The notes under the pieces were generated by a model. It was not told the origin of the DNA. It saw nothing but the letters and a program-made list of their open reading frames with translations, and made no database searches. Both the position numbers and the translations under genes were made by a program. A DNA stretch of 36,997 nucleotides from Rhodocyclales bacterium (GTDB lineage Bacteria > Pseudomonadota > Gammaproteobacteria > Burkholderiales > Rhodocyclaceae), in contig JAIOPW010000032.1 of assembly GCA_021413665.1 (NCBI GenBank), positions 1 to 36,997 on the forward strand, in the 5' to 3' direction. Positions 17,444 to 27,140 of the stretch are shown one piece after another (the first letter of the stretch is position 1; the number at the start of each line of letters is the position of its first letter).

Positions 17444-17505
17444 ATTGTAGATCAATAAAAGGATTGGATGCACTGCGGCAGAAATGTTTTCGCGAAGGAC
17501 ATTTC
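17444..17505 (-). promoter_or_regulatory. Putative promoter of the transporter/acyl-CoA operon: -10 TACAAT with upstream palindromic operator
   Basis: Minus-strand TACAAT at 17444-17449 in an AT-rich patch. GAAATGT-N11-ACATTTC palindrome at 17481-17505. Confidence 0.45.
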
Positions 17506-17571
17506 ATCGGCCGCGATCGTCGAAAGACCGCGCTCCATCGTGCCTTGGTCGTGCCTGCCGGGCTTCTGCCC

Positions 17572-18390
17572 TCAAGTCTTCTGGTCGTTCGAATGCTGCT
17601 CGGCGCGATCGAGTTCCCGATTCATTTCCTCGTCCGACGGCGGCCGGTAATCCGACTCGCCGGGTGATTCCGCGGCAGGACGCACGATGACGCTCGCCAA
17701 TACGATTCCCAGCTCATAGAGCAGCCACAACGGCACCGCCATCATGAACTGGGAAATCACGTCGGGTGGCGTAAACACCGCGCCGACCACGAAGGCGCCG
17801 ACGATCACATAGGGTCGCCACTCGCGCAGCTTGACCACGTCGACGATGCCGACCTTGACCAGCACGATGACGATCACCGGCACCTCGAAGGTGACGCCGA
17901 AGGCGAGGAACATGGTGAGGACGAACGAGAAATATTTCTCGATGTCGGTCATCCAGGCCACGCCCTCGGGCGCGAATTTCGACATGAAACCGAACACCAT
18001 CGGAAAAAAGGCGAAGTACGCGAAGGCCATGCCGATGAAGAACAACAATACAGAGGCCACCAGCAGCGGAATCGCGAGCTTCTTCTCGTGGGCATAAAGC
18101 CCCGGCGCAACGAAAGCCCAGACCTGATACAGCACGTAGGGCAATACGACCAGGAAGGCGACCGTCAGCGCGACCTTCATCGGCACCAAAAATACGCCGA
18201 CCACATCGGTGGCGATCATCTGGCCACCCGCCGGCAGGGTCGCCAGCAACGGCGCGGCGAGCAGCGAATAAAGCTCGCGGGCATAGAAAGCCAGCGGCAC
18301 GAACGCAACGCCGACCGCGATGAGGACACGAATCAAGCGGTCGCGCAGCTCGACCAAGTGGGAGAGAAAAGTCTCCTGCGCTTCAGCCAT
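17572..18390 (-). CDS. tatC: Twin-arginine translocase subunit TatC
   Basis: [44 protein letters not shown] and LYELG. Start at ATG 18390. Confidence 0.97.
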   Translation of the reverse strand: MAEAQETFLSHLVELRDRLIRVLIAVGVAFVPLAFYARELYSLLAAPLLATLPAGGQMIATDVVGVFLVPMKVALTVAFLVVLPYVLYQVWAFVAPGLYAHEKKLAIPLLVASVLLFFIGMAFAYFAFFPMVFGFMSKFAPEGVAWMTDIEKYFSFVLTMFLAFGVTFEVPVIVIVLVKVGIVDVVKLREWRPYVIVGAFVVGAVFTPPDVISQFMMAVPLWLLYELGIVLASVIVRPAAESPGESDYRPPSDEEMNRELDRAEQHSNDQKT

Positions 18391-18856
18391 CGGCCTTCTT
18401 CGCCTCGGCAGGTACTGGCGCCGGCTCGGGTGCTGGTGCCGCAGCCCCATCGACAGCGGCCACGACTTCAGGAGTCGGCGCTGGTGACGCGGCGCTCTCG
18501 GGCAATGCCGTATCCGGCTGCGCCGCCGACGTATCGGAAGCGGCCCCGGAGGCCATGGCCCGAACCCTCTCCAGCGGGTCGACAACCTCACCCACCGAAC
18601 TTTCGACCTCGCGCATTTCATGGGTCACCGAGGATTCCAGGCTGTTCACCTGATCCGTGACCTGCTGCTGGAGCTTCTTCAGCTCATCGAGCTGAATCTC
18701 GCGATTGATGTCGGCCTTGACGTCGCCCACGTAGCGCTGTAACCGGCCGAGCAGGAGTCCGGCGGTACGCGCCACCTTCGGCAATCGCTCCGGGCCGATG
18801 ACGACCAGTGCCACCGCGGCGATGACCATCAATTCGGTAAGGCCGACGTCGAACAT
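18383..18856 (-). CDS. tatB: Twin-arginine translocase subunit TatB
   Basis: [26 protein letters not shown]. Lies between tatA and tatC. Confidence 0.96.
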   Translation of the reverse strand: MFDVGLTELMVIAAVALVVIGPERLPKVARTAGLLLGRLQRYVGDVKADINREIQLDELKKLQQQVTDQVNSLESSVTHEMREVESSVGEVVDPLERVRAMASGAASDTSAAQPDTALPESAASPAPTPEVVAAVDGAAAPAPEPAPVPAEAKKADG

Positions 18857-18892
18857 AGTCTGAAATAGGGGGAAAGGGGACGGCAGAAGCAA

Positions 18893-18932
18893 GCAAGGGG
18901 AAGCGGGGCAACACCCGGTCCCTTCCCCCTGC
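18893..18932. other. Stem-loop in tatA-tatB intergenic region
   Basis: GCAAGGGGAAG...CTTCCCCCTGC inverted repeat just downstream of the tatA stop codon. Confidence 0.45.
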
Positions 18933-18944
18933 CTGATTTCTCGA

Positions 18945-19166
18945 TCAGGTCTTGGTCTGTTCCCGGCGCGACTCGACGTCGATGGTCTGCCCGGTAACCT
19001 GCTGCGCCTCGGCCGGCTTGTCGGCCGACGCTTCCTTCATGCCGTCCTTGAAGCCCTTCACCGCGCCGCCGAGGTCCGACCCCATGTTGCGCAGTTTCTT
19101 GGTACCGAACACCAGCATGACAATCACCAACACAATCAACCAGTGCCAGATGCTGAATGATCCCAT
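18945..19166 (-). CDS. tatA: Twin-arginine translocase subunit TatA
   Basis: [41 protein letters not shown]. Confidence 0.97.
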   Translation of the reverse strand: MGSFSIWHWLIVLVIVMLVFGTKKLRNMGSDLGGAVKGFKDGMKEASADKPAEAQQVTGQTIDVESRREQTKT

Positions 19167-19195
19167 CGTATTTCCTCCTCGCGCTCAGTGAGTTC

Positions 19196-19552
19196 TCAAA
19201 GCGCCCTGCGCTTAAGCATGGACCCCAGTGGCTCGGGGCCACCCAGGATATGAACGTGGAGATGATACACCTCCTGATGCCCGATCCGCCCCGTGTTGAT
19301 GATGGTGCGAAACCCCTCGTCGAGCCCCTGGCTCTTGGCCAGGTCGTTGGCCTTGGCCAGAATTCGCCCGAGCAGCATCTGATGGCTCATGTCAACCTCC
19401 ATCAACGAGCCGACGTGCAGCTTCGGCACGATCATGAAATGCACCGGTGCAATCGGGTTGATGTCGTGGAAGGCGAAGATATCCTCGTCTTCGTAAATTT
19501 TCTTCGACGGGATCTCGCCGCGCGCGATCCGGCAAAAAATGCAGTCGCTCAT
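19196..19552 (-). CDS. hinT: Histidine triad (HIT) nucleotide-binding protein
   Basis: DCIFCRI, AFHDINPIAPVH and HLHVHILGG triad. Confidence 0.93.
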   Translation of the reverse strand: MSDCIFCRIARGEIPSKKIYEDEDIFAFHDINPIAPVHFMIVPKLHVGSLMEVDMSHQMLLGRILAKANDLAKSQGLDEGFRTIINTGRIGHQEVYHLHVHILGGPEPLGSMLKRRAL

Positions 19553-19878
19553 GATCCGGGAGTCCTGCTCTTTTTCTCGTCGATGCCGGAAATGCCTTCG
19601 CGGCGGCGGAACTCGACCATCACGTCATCGACGCCGATGCCGAACTGGGTCAGCAGAATCATGCTGTGGAACCAGAGGTCGGTGACTTCGCGAACAATGT
19701 GCAGGCGATCCCCGTCCTTCGCTGCCATGATGGCTTCGGCAGCCTCCTCGGCGACTTTCTTGCAGATCGCATCGGTGCCCTTCGCATAAAGGCTGGCGAC
19801 ATAGGACGAATCGGGCGCGGCGCCCTTGCGTTCCAGCAGTGTTGCCTGGATGCGGTGCATGACTTCAAGATCAATCAC
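19549..19878 (-). CDS. hisE: Phosphoribosyl-ATP pyrophosphatase
   Basis: SSYVASL..KG...ICKKVAEEAAE, E..DLWFH and RREGISGI.EK. GTG start at 19878 with AAGGAG RBS. Confidence 0.94.
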   Translation of the reverse strand: MIDLEVMHRIQATLLERKGAAPDSSYVASLYAKGTDAICKKVAEEAAEAIMAAKDGDRLHIVREVTDLWFHSMILLTQFGIGVDDVMVEFRRREGISGIDEKKSRTPGS

Positions 19879-19911
19879 TTGTATTTCTCCTTTGGATCCT
19901 TGATGGCGCAA

Positions 19912-20670
19912 TCACAGCCTTACCTCGATGCCGCGACTGCGCATGAATTCCTTGGCCTGGCGCACGGTGTACTCGCCGTAGTGGAAAATACTCGCCGCCA
20001 GAACAGCATCGGCGCGACCTTCCGTGACACCGTCGGCCAGATGCTGCAAGTTGCCGACGCCGCCGCTGGCGATCACCGGAATACCCACGGCCTCGGCAAT
20101 CGCCCGTGTCAGCGGCAGGTCGAAGCCGGCCTTGGTGCCGTCGCGGTCCATGCTGGTCAGCAGTATCTCGCCGGCTCCGAGGCTTTCGACCTGGCGCGCC
20201 CATGCGATGGCGTCCAGTCCGGTATTCTTGCGCCCGCCGTGGGTGAAGACCTCCCAGCGTCCCGGCGAAGTCTGCTTGGCGTCGACTGCCACCACGATGC
20301 ATTGCGCGCCGACCTTGGCAGAGGCGTCGGCAACCAGTTGCGGGTTGTTCACCGCGGCCGTGTTCATGCTGACCTTGTCGGCACCGGCATTCAGCAAGCG
20401 GCGCACGTCCTCGACCTGGCGCACGCCACCGCCCACCGTCAGCGGAATGAACACCTGCGAGGCCACCGCCTCGACAATGTGCAGGATGATGTCGCGATCG
20501 TCGGAACTGGCCGTGATGTCGAGAAAGGTGAGTTCGTCGGCGCCCTGCTCGTCGTAGCGACGCGCGATCTCCACCGGATCACCGGCATCGCGCAGTTCGA
20601 CGAAATTGACGCCCTTGACGACGCGGCCGGCATTGACGTCGAGACAGGGGATGATGCGCTTGGCAAGCAT
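19912..20670 (-). CDS. hisF: Imidazole glycerol phosphate synthase cyclase subunit
   Basis: [37 protein letters not shown] and AASIFHYG. Confidence 0.98.
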   Translation of the reverse strand: MLAKRIIPCLDVNAGRVVKGVNFVELRDAGDPVEIARRYDEQGADELTFLDITASSDDRDIILHIVEAVASQVFIPLTVGGGVRQVEDVRRLLNAGADKVSMNTAAVNNPQLVADASAKVGAQCIVVAVDAKQTSPGRWEVFTHGGRKNTGLDAIAWARQVESLGAGEILLTSMDRDGTKAGFDLPLTRAIAEAVGIPVIASGGVGNLQHLADGVTEGRADAVLAASIFHYGEYTVRQAKEFMRSRGIEVRL

Positions 20671-21413
20671 CAGCGACCGGAAAGCTTGTCTGCTTCCGCC
20701 TGTGCCTTCTTGAAGTCCAGCGTACCTTCGTAGATCGCGCGACCGGTGATGGCACCGGAAATGCCCTCGGCCTGCACCGCACAGAGCGCCTTGACGTCCT
20801 TCAGGCTGGCGATGCCGCCACTGGCGATCACGGGAATGCGCAGGGCCTGCGCCAGTTTCACCGTGGCTTCGACGTTCACGCCGGAGAGCATGCCGTCGCG
20901 TCCGATGTCGGTATAGATCACGGCTTCGACGCCGTAGTCCTCGAATTTCTTCGCCAGATCCACCACGTCGTGCCCGGTCATCTTCGACCAGCCGTCCACT
21001 GCCACCTTGCCGTCGCGGGCATCGAGCCCGACGATGATGTGGCCGGGAAACGCACCGCAGGCGTCGTGCAGGAAGCCGGGGTTCTTCACCGCGGCGGTGC
21101 CGATGATGACGTAGCTGACACCGTCGTCGAGGCAACGCTCGATGGTGTCCAGGTCGCGGATGCCGCCACCCAGCTGGACCGGAATCTCAGCGCCGACTTC
21201 GTCGAGGATGGCCTTGATCGCGCTTTCGTTCTTCGGCTTGCCGGCAAAGGCGCCGTTGAGGTCGACCAGGTGCAGGCGGCGCGCGCCTTGCTTGATCCAG
21301 TGACGGGCCATGGCCCCGGGGTCTTCGGAGAACACCGTGGCATCGTCCATTGCGCCCTGTTTCAAGCGGACGCAGTGACCATCCTTGAGATCAATCGCGG
21401 GTATCAGAAGCAT
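20670..21413 (-). CDS. hisA: ProFAR isomerase
   Basis: [26 protein letters not shown] and [12 protein letters not shown]. Confidence 0.98.
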   Translation of the reverse strand: MLLIPAIDLKDGHCVRLKQGAMDDATVFSEDPGAMARHWIKQGARRLHLVDLNGAFAGKPKNESAIKAILDEVGAEIPVQLGGGIRDLDTIERCLDDGVSYVIIGTAAVKNPGFLHDACGAFPGHIIVGLDARDGKVAVDGWSKMTGHDVVDLAKKFEDYGVEAVIYTDIGRDGMLSGVNVEATVKLAQALRIPVIASGGIASLKDVKALCAVQAEGISGAITGRAIYEGTLDFKKAQAEADKLSGR

Positions 21414-21453
21414 AGGAAGGGGGAATCAGGGACTGAGCCTTGTGGCGGTCGGG

Positions 21454-22092
21454 TCAGGGATTCCAGCGCATGAAATTGGCCAGCAGTCGCAAGCCGGCCT
21501 GGGCGCTTTTTTCCGGGTGAAATTGCACGGCGAAGATGTTAGCGCGCGCAATCGCGCTGGTAAAGGGGATGCCGTAGCGGGTCGAGCCCGCAATCACGTC
21601 GGGGCTTTCGGGCTCGACGTAGTAGCTGTGCACGAAATAGAAGCGCGCGCCGTCCTCGATGCCATCCCAGATTGGGTGGGCTTCGGCCTGCTGCACCTGG
21701 TTCCAGCCCATGTGCGGGACCTTGAGCCGCGATCCGTCAGGCGCGACCATGTCCGCCAACGGGAAATGCGGCACCCGGCCCGGCAGGATTTCGAGGCCCA
21801 TGACGTCGCCCTCTTCGGCATGACCAAATAGCATCTGCAAGCCGACGCATATTCCAAGAAAGGGCTTTTCGGCGGCGGCACGGATCACGGCGTCGCGCAG
21901 GCCGCGCGCTGCCAGTTCGCGCATGCAGTCCGGCATCGCACCCTGGCCGGGCACGACGACACGATCCGCCGCGGCGATTTCCGCAGCGGCGGAACTGACA
22001 CGAACCTCGGCTTCGGGAGCAACATGCTCGATGGCCTTGGCCACCGAGCGCAGGTTGCCCATGCCATAATCGACTACAACAACCTTGCTCAT
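21454..22092 (-). CDS. hisH: Imidazole glycerol phosphate synthase glutaminase subunit
   Basis: DYGMGNLRSV, GICVG, VPHMGWN, YFVHSY and QFHPEKS. Confidence 0.98.
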   Translation of the reverse strand: MSKVVVVDYGMGNLRSVAKAIEHVAPEAEVRVSSAAAEIAAADRVVVPGQGAMPDCMRELAARGLRDAVIRAAAEKPFLGICVGLQMLFGHAEEGDVMGLEILPGRVPHFPLADMVAPDGSRLKVPHMGWNQVQQAEAHPIWDGIEDGARFYFVHSYYVEPESPDVIAGSTRYGIPFTSAIARANIFAVQFHPEKSAQAGLRLLANFMRWNP

Positions 22093-22102
22093 GGAGAAAG
22101 AG

Positions 22103-22690
22103 TCAGAGCGAGCCTTTGGTCGAAGGAATGGCGCCGGCCGCGCGCGGGTCGGCCTCGACCGCCATGCGTAGCGCCCGGGCGAAGGCCTTGAACACCGTCT
22201 CGGCCTGGTGGTGCGAGTTGTCGCCGCGCAGGGCGTCGATATGCACCGTGATGTTGGCGTGATTCACCAGCCCCTGGAAGAACTCGCGCACCAGATCGAC
22301 ATCGAACTCGCCGATCGTGGCCCGCGTGAAAGGCACGTTGAACACCAGTCCCGGACGGCCGGACAGGTCCACCACCACACGCGACAAGGCCTCGTCGAGC
22401 GGCACGTAGGCATGGCCATAGCGGCGCAGGCCCTTTTTGTCACCCAGCGCCTTGGCCAGCGCCTGGCCGATGCTGATGCCGACATCCTCGATGGTGTGGT
22501 GCCCGTCGATGTGCAGGTCGCCTTTTGCTTCGACGCTCAGGTCGAGCATGCCGTGGCGTGCGATCTGGTCCAGCATGTGGTCGAAGAAGCCGATGCCGGT
22601 GGCGAGTTTGGAAACGCCGCTACCGTCGAGATCGAGGACAACGCGGATCTTCGTTTCCAGGGTGTTGCGTGAAATGTCGGCTTGCCGCAT
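22103..22690 (-). CDS. hisB: Imidazoleglycerol-phosphate dehydratase (monofunctional)
   Basis: [35 protein letters not shown] and PSTKG. Start at ATG 22690. Confidence 0.97.
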   Translation of the reverse strand: MRQADISRNTLETKIRVVLDLDGSGVSKLATGIGFFDHMLDQIARHGMLDLSVEAKGDLHIDGHHTIEDVGISIGQALAKALGDKKGLRRYGHAYVPLDEALSRVVVDLSGRPGLVFNVPFTRATIGEFDVDLVREFFQGLVNHANITVHIDALRGDNSHHQAETVFKAFARALRMAVEADPRAAGAIPSTKGSL

Positions 22691-22724
22691 GGCGGTGGTG
22701 ATCGGACGAAGGGTCGAGGCCTGC

Positions 22725-22733
22725 ATGATACCA
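22725..22733 (-). promoter_or_regulatory. Putative extended -10 promoter (TGgTATCAT) for hisBHAF-hisE
   Basis: Minus-strand TGGTATCAT about 35 bp upstream of the hisB ATG, in the divergent hisB/hisC gap. Confidence 0.45.
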
Positions 22734-22790
22734 TCGGCCTAGTTCGCTGTACGCCTCTCACCACCACCCAAATTGCCATTCCAAACCGCC

Positions 22791-23855
22791 ATGAGCCGCT
22801 TCTGGAGCGATGTCGTCAAGGGGCTAACACCCTACGTGCCGGGCGAGCAACCCAGGCTCGCCAATCTCGTCAAGCTCAACACCAACGAGAACCCTTACGG
22901 CCCCTCACCGCGCGCGCTGGACGCGATCCGCGCCGCCACCGGCGAGTCGCTTAAGCTCTACCCCGACCCGAATGCCGAGCAGCTCAAGCTGGCGATCGGC
23001 AACTACCATGGCATCGACGCCCGCAACATCTTCGTCGGCAACGGCTCGGATGAGGTGCTGGCCCACACGTTCCTCGCCTTGCTCAAACACCGGCGGCCAA
23101 TCCTGTTCCCCGACATCAGCTACAGCTTCTACCCGGTGTATTGCGGGCTGTATCAGGTCGCCTTCGAAACCGTCCCGCTGCCCGACGACTTCTCGATCCG
23201 TGTCGCGGACTACGCCAAACCGAACGGCGGCATCATCTTTCCCAACCCGAACGCCCCGACCGGCTGCCTGGTGCCGCTGGCCGACATCGAATGGCTGCTG
23301 CGGACCAATCCCGACTCGGTGATGGTGGTCGACGAAGCCTATGTCGATTTCGGCGGCGAGAGCGCAATCCCGCTGATCGTCCGCTATCCGAACCTGCTGG
23401 TAGTGCAGACGCTGTCCAAGTCACGCTCGCTGGCCGGCCTGCGCGTCGGTTTCGCCGCCGGGCATGCCGACCTGATCGAGGCGCTGGAACGGGTCAAGAA
23501 CAGTTTCAACTCCTACCCGCTCGACCGCCTGGCGATCGCGGGTGCGGTTGCCTCATACGAGGACCGCGACTATTTCGAACAGACCTGCAAGGCGGTGATC
23601 GCCTCGCGCGAAAAGCTGGTGGCCGAACTGAAGGTACTCGGCTTCGAGGTGCTGCCGTCGGCAGCCAACTTCATCTTTGCCCGCCATCCGCGGCACGACG
23701 CGCAAGAGTCGGCGCTGGCGCTACGGCGGCGCGGCATCATCGTGCGCCACTTCAAGCAGCCGCGCATCGAGCAGTTCCTGCGCATCACGGTCGGCACCGA
23801 CGAGCAGTGTGCGGCACTGGCCATGGCGCTGCGGGAGATCGTCGGAAAAAGCTAG
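22791..23855 (+). CDS. hisC: Histidinol-phosphate aminotransferase (inverted relative to the his genes)
   Basis: [49 protein letters not shown] (PLP lysine) and LRITVG. Start at ATG 22791. Confidence 0.95.
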   Translation: MSRFWSDVVKGLTPYVPGEQPRLANLVKLNTNENPYGPSPRALDAIRAATGESLKLYPDPNAEQLKLAIGNYHGIDARNIFVGNGSDEVLAHTFLALLKHRRPILFPDISYSFYPVYCGLYQVAFETVPLPDDFSIRVADYAKPNGGIIFPNPNAPTGCLVPLADIEWLLRTNPDSVMVVDEAYVDFGGESAIPLIVRYPNLLVVQTLSKSRSLAGLRVGFAAGHADLIEALERVKNSFNSYPLDRLAIAGAVASYEDRDYFEQTCKAVIASREKLVAELKVLGFEVLPSAANFIFARHPRHDAQESALALRRRGIIVRHFKQPRIEQFLRITVGTDEQCAALAMALREIVGKS

Positions 23856-23860
23856 CCGGA

Positions 23861-24985
23861 TCACGTCGTTCGGGCCGGCGGGGCCAAGGCAAGCGAGAGC
23901 GTGTGCCCGACGCGCGGATCGCCACGCCCGCCCAGCACTTCGGCATAAGCCGCCGCGACTGCCTTCCCTCCCAGGTGCTGCCTGACCACCAGCCACGGTG
24001 CCGCCGGATCACCCACTTTGCCGATGAAGCCCCGCCATGCCGCGAGCAGTCGCTGCCCGAGAACATCCGCCCCCCATTGCGCATTGCGCTTCTTGATCTG
24101 CGCCGGCGCGAAGAACAGCGTCGCCCGCGGCCCCGGCAGGTCCCTGGCGCCCCCGAGCTGCCCGACGTGGGTGCCACCGATGGAACTGCTGTACTTGAGA
24201 TTCTCGAACCGGGTATGAATGCGTCTGCGCAAACCCGCATTGCCGGCGAAGTCCACATAAACGCAGGCCGCTTCGGATGTAATGCGGTCCAGTTGATCGT
24301 AGGCCAGCACCTGGTGATAGCAGCCGAGGCCGCGGCAGAAATCCATGTTGGCGGCTGACGTCAGGCCGACCACCTCGACACCCTGCCGCTGCGCGAGCTG
24401 GAATGCCGTGCCGTAAGCGGTCTTGCACGATGCGCTCGACAACAGCATGAGGCCGGTTCCCGATGCGCGGGCACCGAAGAAATCATTGTCCGCCAGAAAG
24501 TCATCGATCAGCCACGACGTCATGAACAGCGGGCGCAGCAGCGCCTGGACGTCTTCCGACTGCTCCGTATGGAAGGGGTCGGTGGCGCAGCGCGAGTAAC
24601 TGTTGTAGACCGGATGCAAGGTTGCGCGGTGCGCGGCGCCCTCCATGAATCCCCCTGACGACAGTCGTGTCGGCTGCAGGATGACGCCGGACGACATCGG
24701 GTAGTAGCCATAGAACTTCTCGCCGACGGCCACGCCGTGGCATCGCGACTCGAGCACCGAGCCAAATCCCCAGACTGGTATGTGCCCCCACCCGCCCCCT
24801 GCCGGATAGAAACCCCAATAGTTCATGGCCTCGCCGAAGGCGGCGTAGGTAATGTTGTTCGCGGTCAGGGCAAACTTGTCCACGCGCAAACGCACCTGGC
24901 CTTCTTCAAGCGCGAGCGCCGGCGTCTCGCGCAGCTCAGTGGTGGTCAATTGGTCCTTGCGAACCAGGAAATCGATGGTGTTCAT
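23861..24985 (-). CDS. DUF2855-family protein (MDR-like, function unknown)
   Basis: FALTANNITYA..G....YW.FYP, PVWGF, LLRPLF.TS.L and SSASCKTA..TA, recognised from memory as DUF2855. ATG 24985 with GAGG RBS. Confidence 0.75.
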   Translation of the reverse strand: MNTIDFLVRKDQLTTTELRETPALALEEGQVRLRVDKFALTANNITYAAFGEAMNYWGFYPAGGGWGHIPVWGFGSVLESRCHGVAVGEKFYGYYPMSSGVILQPTRLSSGGFMEGAAHRATLHPVYNSYSRCATDPFHTEQSEDVQALLRPLFMTSWLIDDFLADNDFFGARASGTGLMLLSSASCKTAYGTAFQLAQRQGVEVVGLTSAANMDFCRGLGCYHQVLAYDQLDRITSEAACVYVDFAGNAGLRRRIHTRFENLKYSSSIGGTHVGQLGGARDLPGPRATLFFAPAQIKKRNAQWGADVLGQRLLAAWRGFIGKVGDPAAPWLVVRQHLGGKAVAAAYAEVLGGRGDPRVGHTLSLALAPPARTT

Positions 24986-25081
24986 GGCGCACCCTCGACA
25001 AACAGGGGAAGGAACCCGCTTGGTGTCCCGGTATGGCGGCAAACGAAAAGACCCCGCCTCAAGTAGTCATCCCCGCCAGGA

Positions 25082-25684
25082 TCAATCACGAATGCCGTCC
25101 GCCCACGCCAGTGCCTGCTGCAACCGGTCGTTGCCCCAGAATATTTCCCCGTTCACGATGAAAGTGGGTGCGCCGAAAATGTCGAGCTTGAATGCTTCCT
25201 CCGTTTGACGCCGCAAGAGATGCTTGCCCTCAGGGCCTTCTGCGTCCGCGATGAGGGCTTCGGCATCCAATCCGAGCGTGCCCAGCAAACCTGCGACGAC
25301 TTCGCGCTCGCCGATATCCTGATCCGCCGCAAAACCCGCAGTAAATACAGCACGGACAAAATCCGGAATCCAGACCGCATCGTGGTTGGCACAGATGATC
25401 CGGGCGGGGCGAAGGCCGTTGCGCGGGAATTTGGAGGGCTTCTTCAGGGGCAAGCGGTAGTGTTGGCAGAGGCGCTCCATGTCCCGCCACATATAGCGTC
25501 CCTTGGACGGGTAAATATTGAAGGGCGAATCGTTCCAGCCCATAGCCGTGAACACGGGGCCCAGCAGAAACGGCCGCCAATTCACCTTCACGTTTCTGGT
25601 TGTCGCCAGAGGCTCGATGCGCAAGGCCGCCAGATAGGAGTAAGTGCTTGCGAAGTCGAACCAGAAGTCGATGTACTTTGCCAT
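25082..25684 (-). CDS. 2-hydroxychromene-2-carboxylate isomerase / kappa-class GST (DsbA-like) family protein
   Basis: IDFWFDFASTYSYLA, WRPFLLG, KGRYMWRDMER and IFGAPTFIV.GEIFWGNDRL. Confidence 0.88.
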   Translation of the reverse strand: MAKYIDFWFDFASTYSYLAALRIEPLATTRNVKVNWRPFLLGPVFTAMGWNDSPFNIYPSKGRYMWRDMERLCQHYRLPLKKPSKFPRNGLRPARIICANHDAVWIPDFVRAVFTAGFAADQDIGEREVVAGLLGTLGLDAEALIADAEGPEGKHLLRRQTEEAFKLDIFGAPTFIVNGEIFWGNDRLQQALAWADGIRD

Positions 25685-25847
25685 GAGATTTCACCGCCCA
25701 GTGATTGCCGATCATCGTGCCACTGCCGGATCGGCTTGACAATATCGCCGCCCGTGGCCGGCTGCCTGATCGGCGCGTGCCGGCCCGTGAAGCGGGGTCC
25801 CCGGCAGGCAGAGTCCGGGACGGCGATGCCATGCCATGCCGACGAAG

Positions 25848-27140
25848 CTATTTGAGCCGGAACTCCGCCGCGTTGGCGTGAGCCGTCAGCCCCTCTCCAT
25901 GGGCCAGGGTCGCGGCAATCGGGCCCAGAGTCTGTGCGCCGGCCTGCGATACCTCGATCAGGCTGGAACGCTTCTGGAAATCATAGACACCCAGCGGCGA
26001 CGAGAAACGGGCGCTGCGTGAAGTCGGCAGCACGTGGTTGGGCCCCGCGCAGTAGTCGCCGAGCGACTCCGAGGCATAGTGACCGATGAAGATCGCACCG
26101 GCGTGGCGGATCTTTTCAACCAGCGGGTCGGGATTGTCGACCGACAGTTCCAGGTGTTCCGGGGCAATCCGGTTGGCGATGCCGCAGGCCTCGTCGAGAT
26201 CTGTTACGTGGATCAAGGCGCCGCGCCCCTTCAGCGAAGCAGTGATGACTTCGCGACGCGGCATGGTGGGCAGCAGTTTCTCGATACTGGTGATGACGCG
26301 CGCGATGAAGTCCGCGTCCGGGGAAAGCAGGATCGATTGCGCCAGTTCGTCATGCTCGGCCTGGGCGAACAGGTCGATCGCCACCCAGTCCGGGTTGGCC
26401 GAGGCATCGGCGATGATCAGCACTTCGGAAGGCCCGGCCACCATGTCGATGCCGACAGTGCCGAAGACACGGCGCTTGGCCGCCGCCACATAAGCGTTGC
26501 CGGGGCCGACGATCTTGTCCACCTGCGGGATGGTCTGCGTACCGTAGGCCAGAGCCGCCACGGCCTGCGCGCCGCCGATGGTGAACACGCGATCGACGCC
26601 GGCGAGGCAGGCGGCTGCAAGCACCAGCGCGTTCTTCTCGCCGCGCGGGGTGGGTACCACCATGATCAGTTCGCCGACACCCGCCACCTTGGCTGGCAGG
26701 GCGTTCATCAACACCGAGCTCGGATAGGCCGCCTTGCCGCCAGGCACGTAGAGGCCGACGCGGTCGAGCGGAGTGATCTTCTGCCCGAGTCGTGTACCGT
26801 CGGCTTCGGTGAAGCTCCAGGAATCCAGCTTTTGCCGCTCGTGGTAGGCCGTGACGCGCCGTGCGGCGGCTTCGAGCGCCACACGCTGGGCAACCGGCAA
26901 TCCATCGAGCGCCCTCTGCAACTCGGCTGGGTGCAGCTCCAGATCGGCCATGGCGGCCGCATCGAGCTGGTCGAAGCGACGCGTGCAGTCGAGCACGGCC
27001 GCATCGCCGTTGGCGCGCACATTCTTGAGAATTTCAGCGACGATCTGTTCAATCGCATCGTCGGTCGAATGATCGAAATGCAGCAGCTCGACCAGCGTCG
27101 GAATGAAACCGGGATCGCGCGTCGATAGCCGCCGTATCAT
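25848..27140 (-). CDS. hisD: Histidinol dehydrogenase
   Basis: [48 protein letters not shown] and [16 protein letters not shown] 27140 overlaps the hisG stop. Confidence 0.98.
   Translation of the reverse strand: MIRRLSTRDPGFIPTLVELLHFDHSTDDAIEQIVAEILKNVRANGDAAVLDCTRRFDQLDAAAMADLELHPAELQRALDGLPVAQRVALEAAARRVTAYHERQKLDSWSFTEADGTRLGQKITPLDRVGLYVPGGKAAYPSSVLMNALPAKVAGVGELIMVVPTPRGEKNALVLAAACLAGVDRVFTIGGAQAVAALAYGTQTIPQVDKIVGPGNAYVAAAKRRVFGTVGIDMVAGPSEVLIIADASANPDWVAIDLFAQAEHDELAQSILLSPDADFIARVITSIEKLLPTMPRREVITASLKGRGALIHVTDLDEACGIANRIAPEHLELSVDNPDPLVEKIRHAGAIFIGHYASESLGDYCAGPNHVLPTSRSARFSSPLGVYDFQKRSSLIEVSQAGAQTLGPIAATLAHGEGLTAHANAAEFRLK

Noticed and set aside
17441-17455. FNR-like site (TTCAT-TGTAG-ATCAA) in the SBP promoter
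   Set aside because: One half-site is mismatched and the spacer is 5 rather than 4 nt.
25706-25722. Possible sigma54 promoter upstream of the HCCA-isomerase-like gene (minus strand TGGCACGATGATCGGCA)
   Set aside because: The -24 element is perfect, but the -12 position reads TCGG rather than TTGC, with GC one base out of register.
25685-25847. Possible remnant of the original hisC downstream of hisD, and an ATGCC x3 microrepeat
   Set aside because: No HisC-like residues were recognisable in the frames I could read. The repeat is too short to be meaningful.
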